64,000 nt of DNA from Pseudobdellovibrionaceae bacterium (GCA_021463345.1 JAJTYM010000007.1:19641-83640); one strand, 5' to 3'; positions 44,930-54,583 are shown, counted from the first letter of the stretch. Notes: generated by a model from the sequence alone, not told the origin. A program made the numbers and translations.

Positions 44930-46065
44930 GCCGACGCTTGCACCGCCAGACTTACGCCGAAGTGGACCTGCTCAAGCTGGAAAGGAATTTCCGCGCGCTC
45001 CGCGGGCTGTCGCCGGCGGGAGGGTTCTGCTGCCCGATGGTGAAAGCCAACGCGTACGGGCACGGGGATGTCGAGGTCGCGGCGCGGCTCGAGCTTTCCG
45101 GCGCGCGCCACATCGGCGTGGGGCTCGTGGAGGAGGGCGTGCGATTGCGCGAGGCGGGCGTCAAGGCGCCGCTTCTGCTTTTCGGCGCCTTTGAGGGTCC
45201 CAGCTTGGAGGCGGTTCTCGCCAACGCGTTGACGCCGGTGATCGGCGATTGGGACGGGCTCGCGCTCCTGGAAAAGAGCGCGAGCGGAGACGCGTTCAAG
45301 CTCCATTTGAAGTTCAACACCGGCATGAACCGGCTGGGGTTCGGCGTCGACCAGGCCCCGAGGCTCCGGGCTTGGCTCGACGCCCGCCCCCGATTCCGCT
45401 TGGAAGGGGTCGCGACGCATTTGCTTCGCGGCGAAGACGCGGGCTTCGATGACGGCGACAGCCGGGGGCAGTTGGAGCGATTCGAGGAGGCGCTCGCGGC
45501 CTTTCGGGGGCTCGAGTTCTTTCCGCACGCGCTCAACAGCTCGGCCGCGGTCGCGATGCACGCCAGGGAAGGGCGCCTGCGCTACGGAATGCGGCCCGGC
45601 CTCGCGCTTTACGGGATCACCCCCGCGAGCCGCGAAGCCCCGAAGTTGGGGTTCGAGCCGGTGCTTTCGTTCCGCTCGCGCGTCGTCGCGACCCGCCGGC
45701 TGCGGCCGGGCGAGAAGGTTTCGTATGACGGGCTCTGGACGGCGAAACGACCCTCGCTCGTGGGCGTCGTGCCGGTCGGGTACGCCGATGGGTTCCAGCG
45801 GCTTTTTTCGAACACGGGCGAAGTGCTGTGCCGCGGCCGCCGGGCGCGGGTCGCGGGTGCCGTTTGCATGGATTACTTCATGGTGGATCTCACCGACGTG
45901 GAGGCCGCGACGGGCGAGGTCGGCAACGGCGAGGAGATCGCCCTGATCGGCGAGCAGTCGGGCGCCGAGATCGGCGCCGTCGAGCTCGCTCGTTGGGCGT
46001 CGACGATCCCGTACGAGGTCCTCACGAGGCTCTCGGAGCGGGTGCCCCGGCATTATGTGCGTTGA
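44926..46065 (+). CDS. alr: alanine racemase
   Basis: The PLP-lysine motif is CPMVKANAYGHG. The length (~379 aa) fits, and ...PVGYADGF... is present. The TTG start overlaps the upstream TGA. Confidence 0.92.
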   Translation: MSRRLHRQTYAEVDLLKLERNFRALRGLSPAGGFCCPMVKANAYGHGDVEVAARLELSGARHIGVGLVEEGVRLREAGVKAPLLLFGAFEGPSLEAVLANALTPVIGDWDGLALLEKSASGDAFKLHLKFNTGMNRLGFGVDQAPRLRAWLDARPRFRLEGVATHLLRGEDAGFDDGDSRGQLERFEEALAAFRGLEFFPHALNSSAAVAMHAREGRLRYGMRPGLALYGITPASREAPKLGFEPVLSFRSRVVATRRLRPGEKVSYDGLWTAKRPSLVGVVPVGYADGFQRLFSNTGEVLCRGRRARVAGAVCMDYFMVDLTDVEAATGEVGNGEEIALIGEQSGAEIGAVELARWASTIPYEVLTRLSERVPRHYVR

Positions 46066-46130
46066 ACCGCGGCGAGCGATCGAGCGCGCGCGATGAGCGA
46101 TGGAAAGCCCGGTAGGCGGGACTGGAGACG

Positions 46131-46988
46131 ATGAAAGCGATGACCTACGGTGAACTGCGCGGAAAGGTGAATCACGCCATCGACGGCGCGGCCGTTTTCG
46201 CGTGGAAACGGCTCGAAGGGGTCATCCTCGCCACCGGCGAGGTGATGACGTTCGCGATTTATTCGGTCCGCGCTTTCTTCGCCCGGCCGCGGAGATTCGA
46301 CGAACTCCTCAATCACATGGAATTCATCGGCAACAAGTCCGTGTTCATCATCGCGTTGAGCGGCCTTTTCACGGGCGCGGCGCTCTCGTACCAGATCTAT
46401 CTCGGATTCAAGCTGGTCAACGCGACCTCGCTCGTGGGGCCCACGGTCGCGCTCGGCATCACCCGGGAGTTGGGACCGGTGTTGACGGGCCTCATCGTCG
46501 CCGCCCGCGCAGGCGGCGCGATGGCCGCGCGGCTGGGGACCATGCGTGTGAGCGAGCAGATCGACGCTCTCGAAGTCATGGGCGTCGAGCCGCGGCAGTA
46601 CCTCGTCAGCCCCCGGATCGTGGCGTCCGTCCTCACCATGCCGCTCCTGACCGGGATATTCGACTTCGTCGCGATGTTCGGTTCTTGGCTTCTGTGCGTC
46701 CAGGTGTTGGAAATGGACGAGGCGGCCTTCTTCGACCGTACGCAGCTCTGGCTGCAGCCGTCGCACATCAACGAGGGGCTTTTCAAGGCGGCGGTGTTCG
46801 GGTTGTTTTTTTCGGCCGTTTGCACCCATAGGGGATTCACGACCAAGGGCGGCGCGGCCGGGGTCGGGAACAGCACCAACCGCGGCGTGGTTTTGAGCAT
46901 GGTTTTGATCATCGTTTCGGATTTCTTCCTCACGAGCCTCATCAACTTCTTCTACGCGGTCACCGATCCGACGGGCGGGAGGGGCTGA
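46131..46988 (+). CDS. mlaE: MlaE-family ABC transporter permease
   Basis: ...RELGPVLTGLIVAARAGGAMAARLGTMRVSEQIDALEVMGV... is the hallmark MlaE/Ttg2B motif. A GGAG RBS is present. Confidence 0.9.
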   Translation: MKAMTYGELRGKVNHAIDGAAVFAWKRLEGVILATGEVMTFAIYSVRAFFARPRRFDELLNHMEFIGNKSVFIIALSGLFTGAALSYQIYLGFKLVNATSLVGPTVALGITRELGPVLTGLIVAARAGGAMAARLGTMRVSEQIDALEVMGVEPRQYLVSPRIVASVLTMPLLTGIFDFVAMFGSWLLCVQVLEMDEAAFFDRTQLWLQPSHINEGLFKAAVFGLFFSAVCTHRGFTTKGGAAGVGNSTNRGVVLSMVLIIVSDFFLTSLINFFYAVTDPTGGRG

Positions 46989-47761
46989 TGGCGGCGGCTC
47001 TCGGGAGCGAGGCGGCGGTCGAGATCAAGGACCTCAAGAAGAGCTTCGACGGCAAGGATTACGTCCTCAACGGCATCGATCTCGAGATCCCGAAAGGGCG
47101 GATCACCGTCATCATCGGTTTCTCGGGCACCGGCAAATCCGTGTTGCTCAAGCACATCCTCGGCCTGCTCAAGCCGACTTCGGGCGAGATCCGCGTTCTC
47201 GGGCGGGAGATTGGCGGGATGGGAGTCGAGGAGCTCACGCGCTTCCGGCAGCAGTACGGCATGCTTTTCCAGTACGCGGCGCTTTTCGACGACATGTCGG
47301 CGGTGGACAACGTGGTCTTCCCGATCAGGGAACACCGCCGCGACCTCACCAAAGAACAGATGCGGGGGATCGCGCGCGAGAAGCTCAAGCAGAGCGGGCT
47401 CGACGAAAAGCACTTCGACAAGCTGCCGGCGGAGCTCTCGGGTGGGATGCGCAAGCGCGTGGGCCTGGCCCGGGCCTTGGCCTTGGATCCCGACCTGATG
47501 ATTTACGACGAACCCACGACCGGACTTGACCCCGTGCTCACCGAAATGGTGGATAATCTGATCGTGAGCACCCATAATTTGAAGCAAGGGACGACCTCCG
47601 TCGTCGTCTCGCACGATTTGTACGCGGCGTTCCGCATCGGCCATTACATCGCGATGTTGAACAACGGGAAGGTCCTGCTCGCGGGGACGCCCCAGGACTT
47701 CCTCGATTCGGAGATCGAGCTGGTGAGGAAATTCGTGGCCAAGGGAGTTCACAAGGCATGA
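46988..47761 (+). CDS. mlaF: MlaF-family ABC transporter ATP-binding protein
   Basis: Walker A is GFSGTGKS, the signature is LSGGMRKR and Walker B is LMIYDEPT. The ATG overlaps the mlaE stop. Confidence 0.9.
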   Translation: MAAALGSEAAVEIKDLKKSFDGKDYVLNGIDLEIPKGRITVIIGFSGTGKSVLLKHILGLLKPTSGEIRVLGREIGGMGVEELTRFRQQYGMLFQYAALFDDMSAVDNVVFPIREHRRDLTKEQMRGIAREKLKQSGLDEKHFDKLPAELSGGMRKRVGLARALALDPDLMIYDEPTTGLDPVLTEMVDNLIVSTHNLKQGTTSVVVSHDLYAAFRIGHYIAMLNNGKVLLAGTPQDFLDSEIELVRKFVAKGVHKA

Positions 47762-49137
47762 GCGTCTTCTCCACGCCGGAGTTCAAAGTCGGGGCGCTCG
47801 TGCTGATCGTCACCGGCCTCATCGCGACCATGTCGCTCAAAGTGAGCGAGAACCCGAGTTACCTGGGCGCGAGCAAGGGCACGTGGTTCCTGCTCGACGA
47901 CGCCAGCGGCCTCATCAAGAAATCGAACGTGAAGATGGCCGGCATCAACGTCGGCGTGATCGAGGACATCACGCTCCAGAACGGCGAGGCGCGCGTCGAC
48001 GTCGTGCTGAAGGCCGACGTTCCGGTCACGCGCTCGGCGCGCGTCGAGATCCGGCCCAACGGCATCCTCGGCGACAAGCACGTCGAGATCATCGCCGGCG
48101 ACCCGCGCGACCCGCCGCTGCGCTCAGGCGAGCAGATCCTCGTCGTCGACGACCGGGCGTCGGTCGACCGCCTCATCGGAGAGGTGAGCAAGATCACCAA
48201 GTCCCTTTCGACGGTCGCCGAGAACGTCAAGTCCGCCACGGAGGGCGACGCCGACAAGCCGCTCGGCCGCATCATCTCCAACATCGAGGAGATGACCGGC
48301 GACCTGGCGGAGCTGACCCGGGAACGCAAAGGCCAGGTCGGCGACATCATCCAGAGCCTGAACAACATCACCCGGACGGTCGACGACCTCGTCAACGACC
48401 CGGGGAGGGACGGCTTCAAGGCGGCCTGGAAGGACGCTCTTCATTCGCTCCGCCGCATCGAAACGTCGCTCAAGAACGTCGAGGAGATCACGGACAAGGT
48501 CAACCGCGGCGAGGGCACGATCGGCAAGCTCATCAACGACGAGACGACGGTCGAGGAGCTCAACTCGGCGATCCAGAACGTGAACAACCTGCTCGACATG
48601 GCGGGCAAGATGCAGACGTCGTTCGACTTCCACTCGGATTACATGACGAACACGTCGGTGACGAAATCCACGCTGGCCATCGCGATCCAGCCGGGCCTCG
48701 ATCGTTACTACGAGATCGGCATCGTCGACGACCCGAGCGGCGTGGTGGAGTCGACGCAGGTCACGACGACGACCGCGGGCGGGCAGACGGAGATCACCGA
48801 GGACAAGCGATTCAAGAACAAGGTCAAATTCAACGCCTTGTTCGCGAAGAACTTCTACAACTTCTCGCTCAAGGGCGGCGTGATCGAGAGTTCGGGCGGG
48901 GTGGGTTTCGATTACTACTTCCTCAAGCGCCGGTTCCGCGCCTCGCTCGAGGCGTTCGACTTCTCCGACCTGCACATGCGCGCGACTTTGCGTTACAGCG
49001 TCTTCCGGGGCGTGTACCTCTCGGTCGGCGCCGACGACTTCACGGCCAAGGACCGCAGCTCGTCCGCGTTCGTGGGCGGCGGCATCTTCCTGACCAACGA
49101 CGATCTGAGGCTTCTCCTGACCCGCATGCCCTTGTGA
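47758..49137 (+). CDS. mlaD: MlaD/MCE-domain protein with long helical and beta-rich C-terminal extensions
   Basis: The N-terminal TM helix is EFKVGALVLIVTGLIATM. The MCE-domain segment is ...VKMAGINVGVIEDITLQNGEARVDVVL.... It is 459 aa, compared with ~180 aa for E. coli MlaD (from memory). The ATG overlaps the mlaF stop. Confidence 0.85.
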   Translation: MSVFSTPEFKVGALVLIVTGLIATMSLKVSENPSYLGASKGTWFLLDDASGLIKKSNVKMAGINVGVIEDITLQNGEARVDVVLKADVPVTRSARVEIRPNGILGDKHVEIIAGDPRDPPLRSGEQILVVDDRASVDRLIGEVSKITKSLSTVAENVKSATEGDADKPLGRIISNIEEMTGDLAELTRERKGQVGDIIQSLNNITRTVDDLVNDPGRDGFKAAWKDALHSLRRIETSLKNVEEITDKVNRGEGTIGKLINDETTVEELNSAIQNVNNLLDMAGKMQTSFDFHSDYMTNTSVTKSTLAIAIQPGLDRYYEIGIVDDPSGVVESTQVTTTTAGGQTEITEDKRFKNKVKFNALFAKNFYNFSLKGGVIESSGGVGFDYYFLKRRFRASLEAFDFSDLHMRATLRYSVFRGVYLSVGADDFTAKDRSSSAFVGGGIFLTNDDLRLLLTRMPL

Positions 49138-49300
49138 CATCGCCATCGGCGAGCCGTGTCGCGCCGCTGCGCGAAGCGGCCGCTCGCATCTTTCCAGCCC
49201 CGAAAAGGAAGGGCATGGACGACTTTTTTGCGAAGCGGCGCGGTGTGTGGCATATCTTTCGTACCTTCCGTCAAACAAGCCGAGAAACAAGGACGTCGAC

Positions 49301-50827
49301 ATGTTCAAGAACGCTTTGGTCAGCACATCGGACAAGACCGGATTGGTCGAGTTCCTCAAACCCCTGGTCGACCGCGGGATGCGCGTCGTTTCGACCGGGG
49401 GCACGTCGAAGCACCTGCGCGAGAACGGGATCCCGGTCATCGAGGTCGCCGAACAAACGGGCTTCCCCGAAGTGATGGACGGGCGGGTCCGTACTCTCCA
49501 TCCGAACATCCACATGCCCCTGCTCGCGCGCGGCGCCGTGGCCGAGGACATGGACATGCTCAGGGCGAACGGACTCGAGCCCTTCGATCTCGTCGTCGTG
49601 AACTTGTACCCGTTCGAGGGCGCGCTCGCGCGCGGTGCGGAAGGCGAGGAGCTCATCGAATACATCGACATCGGCGGCCCCAGCCTCCTGCGCGCGGCGG
49701 CCAAGAGCCACGAGCGCGTCGCGGTCGTCTGCGAGCCGGCCGATTACGGCTGGGTCGGCGGGCGGGAGCTCACGCTCGGGGAGCGCCGCTCGCTCGCGGC
49801 GAAAGCGTACGCCCACACGTCCAGGTACGACGCCGTGATCGCGGCGGCCATTGATCCCGGTCCGCTCGGCAACCGCTTCCTCGCCGGTCGCTTGGTTCAG
49901 GAGCTTCGTTACGGAGAGAACCCGCACCAGCGCGCGGCATGGTTCGCGACGTCGCGTTCGGGCTTGCACGAAGCGGTCGTTCGGCACGGCAAGCCGCTGT
50001 CGTACAACAACATCCTCGACCTCGAGGCCGCTTGCGCGACCGTCTCCGAGTTCGCCGGGCCCGCGGCTTGCGCGGTCAAGCACAACAATCCCTGCGGCGT
50101 CGCCGTCGCGGAACGGGGCGCGACCGCGGCGAAGCTCGCGCTCGAAGCCGATCCCGTCAGCGTTTTCGGCGGGATCGTCGCGCTCAACCGGCCGGTCGAT
50201 CCCGAGGCCGCCGAGGCGCTGGCGGGGGTTTTTCTCGAATGCGTCATCGCGCCCGCGTTCGCGCCCGACGCGTTCGCGATCTTGGCGAAGAAGAAAGACG
50301 TCCGCCTTCTCGAGTGGCCGGCGCTCGGCGATGGCGCCGCCGCAGGGGCCGCCGCGTACGAGTTCCGCACGGTCGCAGGCGGGTACCTGGTCCAAAGCCG
50401 TGACCGCGTGGAGACGTGGACGGCGTCGGGCGACACGGCCTGGCAGGTGTTGGGCGAAGAGCCGGGCGAGGCGGTCAAGGCCGACATCGCGCTGGCGTGG
50501 CGCGCGTGCGCCCATCTGAAGAGCAACGCCATCGCGCTCGCCTCGGGCGGCGTCACCGTCGGCTTGGGAATGGGCCAAACGAACCGGGTGGACGCGGTCG
50601 AACAGGCGATCGCGCGCCTTCGCAAACACCATCCGGGCGCCGTGGACGTGGTCCTGGCGAGCGACGCTTTTTTCCCGTTCCCGGACTCGATCGACCTGGC
50701 CAGCCGGGCTGGCCTGAAGTGGGTGGCTCAGCCCGGGGGATCCATCCGGGACGCCGCGGTTTTTTCGCGCGCGAAGGAACTCGGTGTTACACTTATCCTG
50801 ACGAGGAAAAGGCATTTCCGGCATTGA
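49301..50827 (+). CDS. purH: bifunctional AICAR transformylase / IMP cyclohydrolase
   Basis: The N-terminus is MFKNALVSTSDKTGLVEFLKPLVDRGMRVVSTGGTSKHL, and ...GRVRTLHP... and ...YGENPHQ... are also present. The ATG at 49301 lies inside track ORF 49247... Confidence 0.95.
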   Translation: MFKNALVSTSDKTGLVEFLKPLVDRGMRVVSTGGTSKHLRENGIPVIEVAEQTGFPEVMDGRVRTLHPNIHMPLLARGAVAEDMDMLRANGLEPFDLVVVNLYPFEGALARGAEGEELIEYIDIGGPSLLRAAAKSHERVAVVCEPADYGWVGGRELTLGERRSLAAKAYAHTSRYDAVIAAAIDPGPLGNRFLAGRLVQELRYGENPHQRAAWFATSRSGLHEAVVRHGKPLSYNNILDLEAACATVSEFAGPAACAVKHNNPCGVAVAERGATAAKLALEADPVSVFGGIVALNRPVDPEAAEALAGVFLECVIAPAFAPDAFAILAKKKDVRLLEWPALGDGAAAGAAAYEFRTVAGGYLVQSRDRVETWTASGDTAWQVLGEEPGEAVKADIALAWRACAHLKSNAIALASGGVTVGLGMGQTNRVDAVEQAIARLRKHHPGAVDVVLASDAFFPFPDSIDLASRAGLKWVAQPGGSIRDAAVFSRAKELGVTLILTRKRHFRH

Positions 50828-50889
50828 GGCCGGAACTGGCGTGGTCGGCTTGAGGCCGGAACCGATCTGACCGGCATTGGGGCCGGAGC
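50821..50889 (+). repeat. three imperfect direct repeats GCWTTGRGGCCGGARC spaced ~26 nt apart
   Basis: The copies are at 50821-50836 (GCATTGAGGCCGGAAC, spanning the purH stop), 50847-50862 (GGCTTGAGGCCGGAAC) and 50874-50889 (GGCATTGGGGCCGGAGC). Confidence 0.6.
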
Positions 50890-50907
50890 CGTGTTTGAGG
50901 TGGCAGC

Positions 50908-52782
50908 GTGATTGTTCAGCAGGGTGCGGACAAGGACGAGTCGTACTGGTTGGTGAAATCCGGTGACCGCATCCTGGGGCCGTTCAAGCGCGAAGAGATC
51001 AAAAAAAAGCTCTACGAAAAGGAGATCGTCGTCATCGACGAGGTGACGACGCCCATGCGTCGCTGGAGGTACATCCGCGACGAGCCCGCGTTCGCCGTCG
51101 TGGTGGAGGAGATCCGCAAGACCAATCTGGGCTCGCGCGAGGACACCGAGCTCGGCACGTTCACGAGCACGACGCAGACCGTGGAGGTCGCCGAGGACAC
51201 GACCACCCCGATCGGCGGGCTCGGCGCGCCGTCGTCGATCCAGGACGCGGAGATCGTCGAGGAGAAACGAGCCCCCAACAGCGCCCGCATCGCGCCCCCG
51301 CAGGCGCCGGGCCGTTCGTACGGCTACGGGCAGGACCGCCGGGTGCGGCAGGACCTCAAACGCAGCGCCCGCATGATGTGGATCGTCACCATCGTCGTCC
51401 TCCTCGGGGCGGGCTTCATGTTCGTGCGCCTGCAAGCCGATCACGAGCAACACGACACGGGGGCGAACCTCTTCAAGCTCGTCAACGAGGCGACGGTCGC
51501 GCGCAAGCTCGGGGACTTCCGCCGCGCGACGGAGATCTACAAGCGGCTCGCCGACGCCGGCTACCTGGATCCCGACATGATGATCGACATGGCCGCGCTC
51601 TTGCTCAAGACCGGCGATTACAGCGTTTCGCCCGCGCGAGTGCTCGATACGGTTCAGAAGGCGAGCCTCGTCTCCTCGCGCCCCGAGACGCGCGCCAAGC
51701 TCGAGACCGTCCGCGGCCTCATGTACCTCGTGGACGCGGGCCGCGAGAACGCCAAGTCCCAGTACAAGAAGGCGCGGGATTCGTTCGACGAGGCGTTGAA
51801 GCACGAGCCCGGCTATCCGTACGCGGCGTTCAACCGGGCCATGTCCGTCTATCTCGACCCTGATTTCGACGTCCTCGACAAGGAAGGCGTGCAGGAGCTG
51901 GCGGCGGCGTTCGAGGGGCTCGCGTCGAGTTCTCGCGCCGAGCCGTCGGTGCGCAGCTCGGCGGCTCTCATGGCGGCCTTGACCCTTTTGAAGCCCCGCA
52001 ACCCGTTCTACGCCGCCCGTGTCGGCCGCGCGCTCGACGCGTACAAGCAGAGCAACGCGCATTACTGGCAGGAAGCCTCTTTCCTGCGGATCTACGCGCT
52101 GTACCTGGAGAACAACATCGCCAAGGCGCAGACCGACCTCCGCCTCATGCTCTCCGTGGACCCGTTCGTCACGGGCGAGCATTTCGTCGAGCCGCTTCTC
52201 TACGTGGCGCCGCTGAAATGGGCGAGCCTCCTGCCGATCTGCGAGGAACTCTACCGCGGCATCAACGTGCCGTCGGGCCCCTCGAACCGCGTTTGGCCGG
52301 AACCCGAGGCGATGCTGCAGTTCTGCCGCTTCCAGGCGGGGCACCGGCCCGAGACGGCGCGCGAGAACCTCGCCGAGCTCGAGCGCAAGAACCCGTTGGA
52401 CGCGCGCATCCGCTCCCTCGCCGCGTACACGATGATGTCGCTCAACCCCGAGCAGGCCAAGGCGAAGGTCGCCGACGCCACCGATGACCAGGAATGGGAT
52501 CTCGGCCGGGTGCTGCGCGGCCGGCTGTGCCCGCGCGGGGATTACAAGTGCATCAACGGAGAACTGCCGAAGGTGACCACGGTCACGCCGCCGCCGCTCT
52601 ATTTCCGCGTCGGCGCCGCCCGTTACCATCTCGCCCTGCATGCCGAGGCGCTCAAGGCGGGCGAGTCGGGGAAAGCCGAAGAGTACATGCGCCGCGCCCG
52701 GGAGAACCTCGACATCGTCCAGCGGATTTCGCCGCATTACCTGCCTTTGCTCGGCGTCACCGCTGAAACTGAGGGGCAGTGA
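50908..52782 (+). CDS. GYF_2-like N-terminal domain, TM helix and TPR-like helical-repeat protein (hypothetical)
   Basis: The N-terminus YWLVKSGDRILGPFKREEIKKKLYEKEIVVIDEVTTPMRRWRYI resembles the GYF_2/DUF4339 pattern. The TM helix is MMWIVTIVVLLGAGFMFV. The C-terminal ~430 aa is helical-repeat-like. Confidence 0.65.
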   Translation: MIVQQGADKDESYWLVKSGDRILGPFKREEIKKKLYEKEIVVIDEVTTPMRRWRYIRDEPAFAVVVEEIRKTNLGSREDTELGTFTSTTQTVEVAEDTTTPIGGLGAPSSIQDAEIVEEKRAPNSARIAPPQAPGRSYGYGQDRRVRQDLKRSARMMWIVTIVVLLGAGFMFVRLQADHEQHDTGANLFKLVNEATVARKLGDFRRATEIYKRLADAGYLDPDMMIDMAALLLKTGDYSVSPARVLDTVQKASLVSSRPETRAKLETVRGLMYLVDAGRENAKSQYKKARDSFDEALKHEPGYPYAAFNRAMSVYLDPDFDVLDKEGVQELAAAFEGLASSSRAEPSVRSSAALMAALTLLKPRNPFYAARVGRALDAYKQSNAHYWQEASFLRIYALYLENNIAKAQTDLRLMLSVDPFVTGEHFVEPLLYVAPLKWASLLPICEELYRGINVPSGPSNRVWPEPEAMLQFCRFQAGHRPETARENLAELERKNPLDARIRSLAAYTMMSLNPEQAKAKVADATDDQEWDLGRVLRGRLCPRGDYKCINGELPKVTTVTPPPLYFRVGAARYHLALHAEALKAGESGKAEEYMRRARENLDIVQRISPHYLPLLGVTAETEGQ

Positions 52783-53426
52783 TGCGTTTCGCGGCGTTCG
52801 CCGTCGCGTCCGCGGCGTTCGCCGCGGCCGCTTGCGGCCGGGAATCCCGCGGTTACCAGAGGCATTCGTATTCGACGCGCAACATGCCTTCGGCGTCGGC
52901 GGAAGTGAAGCTTCCGGTCGGGCTGTGGGAGAAGATCGAGGCGGTGCAGGCCGGCGGCGCCAAAGACGGCGTTCAAACCGAGTTCATGGCGGTCAAGGTT
53001 TTCCTGATCGAGAAAAACCGCGGCGCCCTCGGCGGGCGGAACCACGAGCTCCTGTTCGGGGAAGGCGGCGGCGAGCTCGATCTCAAGGATTTCGCGTCTG
53101 AGCGGAGCGGCACGTTCCTCATCGCCTTCGAGGCGGCGCTCGACGGGGAGGGGACGGGCCCGCGCGTGTTTTACCTGAGCAACGCCGTTCGCCGCCATTT
53201 GGAGCGCGAATCCGTGGGAGCGGGCTGCAAGGGTTATTACGAAATCACTTCGTTTTTCTCGAAAGCGATGAAAACCGGCGGTTTCCAGGTCAACACGACG
53301 GCGGGCCGCCACGTCAGCGCCCTGGCCGGCACGTATTTCTTCGCGATCCCTCGCGGCGAAAAGCTTCATCTCGCCCAAGTGACCGTCAAGGACTCGCGGT
53401 ACCGGCCGCTTCACTGCCGCCGTTGA
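52779..53426 (+). CDS. lipoprotein, hypothetical
   Basis: MMRFAAFAVASAAFAAAAC contains the lipobox AAAC. The start overlaps the upstream stop (GTGATG at 52779-52784). Confidence 0.6.
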   Translation: MMRFAAFAVASAAFAAAACGRESRGYQRHSYSTRNMPSASAEVKLPVGLWEKIEAVQAGGAKDGVQTEFMAVKVFLIEKNRGALGGRNHELLFGEGGGELDLKDFASERSGTFLIAFEAALDGEGTGPRVFYLSNAVRRHLERESVGAGCKGYYEITSFFSKAMKTGGFQVNTTAGRHVSALAGTYFFAIPRGEKLHLAQVTVKDSRYRPLHCRR

Positions 53427-53500
53427 GCCAAAATTGGTGCCAGGCCGGGCGCGACACGCTATATTCGCTTCGACTCTATCCGCTCCGAAGGGGAAGAACG

Positions 53501-54574
53501 ATGCAGTCGAACGCCGAAGGGTCGCCACCCGAGGGATCGCAAATCGAGGGATCGCAAATCGAGGGATCGCAAATCGAGGGATCGCAAGACAAGGACGCGC
53601 CCGCGCGGGCCGCGCCGCCGAAGCAGTTCGTGCGCGACCTGTCCGAAAAGCAGGCCGTGCACGGCGTTTTCCTCGCCCGCGACAAGTCCCTGCTCGTCGG
53701 CAAGAACGGCAAGCCCTACTTGAGCCTCCGGCTCGCCGACGCGAGCGGCTCCGTCGACGCGCGCGTCTGGGACAACGTCGAGACCGTCAACGAATTGTTC
53801 CAGAGCGGCGACATGATCCGGGTCAAAGGCCAAGTGCAGACGTTCCAGGGGCGCCGGCAGGTCGTCGTTCACCGCCTCGAGAAGGCGTTGCCCGAGGAGT
53901 TCGACATGGCGGACTTCGTCGTGCGCTCGGCGCGCGATCCGGAGGCGATGATGGCCGAGCTCCTGCGCGTCGCGGAAGCGGTCGAGGACCGCAACATCCG
54001 CCAATTGACGCTCGACGTGCTCAACGACGCCGACGTGCGCGCGCGCCTGCTCGTCGCGCCCGCGGCCAAGACGATCCATCATGCGTACTTGGGCGGCCTG
54101 CTCGAGCACACGTTGTCGATCTGCGGCCTGATGCGCGCGATCCACGCGCATTACGTGGCCTGCGGGGCCGTGATGAAGCTCGATTATCTCGTCTTCGGGG
54201 CGATTTTCCACGATATCGGCAAGATCTGGGAACTCGATATCGATCGGGGCATCGGTTACACCGACAAAGGGAAGCTGCTCGGGCACATGGTGATGGCGGT
54301 CGAGCTGGTGGAGAAAAAAGCGTCGCGGATCCTCGGGTTCCCGGAGGAACTCAAGGACCTGCTCAAGCACATCATCCTGAGCCATCATGGGCGCGTCGAG
54401 TACGGCAGCCCGAAGACGCCGATGTTCCTGGAGGCGTTCTTGGTGGCCGCGGTCGACGATCTCGACAGCAAGGTCAACACGATCGACGCGTTCATGAGGT
54501 CCGAGCGGGCCTCGGGCGACAGGTGGTCGAGGTTCAACCAGTTGTTCGAACGCTATTTTTTCCTGAAAGCTTAA
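53501..54574 (+). CDS. OB-fold plus HD-domain nuclease (YhaM / Cbf1-like 3'-5' exoribonuclease family)
   Basis: The OB-fold-like segment is VHGVFLARDKSLLVGKNGKPYLSLRLADASGSVDARVWD. The HD domain is ...LLEHTLS...FGAIFHDIGK...ILSHHG.... The ATG at 53501 lies inside track ORF 53423... Confidence 0.8.
   Translation: MQSNAEGSPPEGSQIEGSQIEGSQIEGSQDKDAPARAAPPKQFVRDLSEKQAVHGVFLARDKSLLVGKNGKPYLSLRLADASGSVDARVWDNVETVNELFQSGDMIRVKGQVQTFQGRRQVVVHRLEKALPEEFDMADFVVRSARDPEAMMAELLRVAEAVEDRNIRQLTLDVLNDADVRARLLVAPAAKTIHHAYLGGLLEHTLSICGLMRAIHAHYVACGAVMKLDYLVFGAIFHDIGKIWELDIDRGIGYTDKGKLLGHMVMAVELVEKKASRILGFPEELKDLLKHIILSHHGRVEYGSPKTPMFLEAFLVAAVDDLDSKVNTIDAFMRSERASGDRWSRFNQLFERYFFLKA
53531..53590 (+). repeat. 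in-frame 15-bp tandem repeat (3 perfect copies plus 1 diverged copy) encoding (EGSQI)x3-EGSQD
   Basis: GAGGGATCGCAAATC occurs at 53531, 53546 and 53561, and GAGGGATCGCAAGAC at 53576. Confidence 0.95.
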
Positions 54575-54583
54575 GGCGCGCGC

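Noticed and set aside
49138-49300. A possible ZTP (pfl) riboswitch upstream of purH, a common location for it.
   Set aside because: I could not find the conserved 3' element (CCGCCUGGGC-like) or the 5' subdomain pattern in the 163-nt spacer. Only a short GCCGCT/AGCGGC hairpin is present. A covariance-model search would be needed to exclude it fully.
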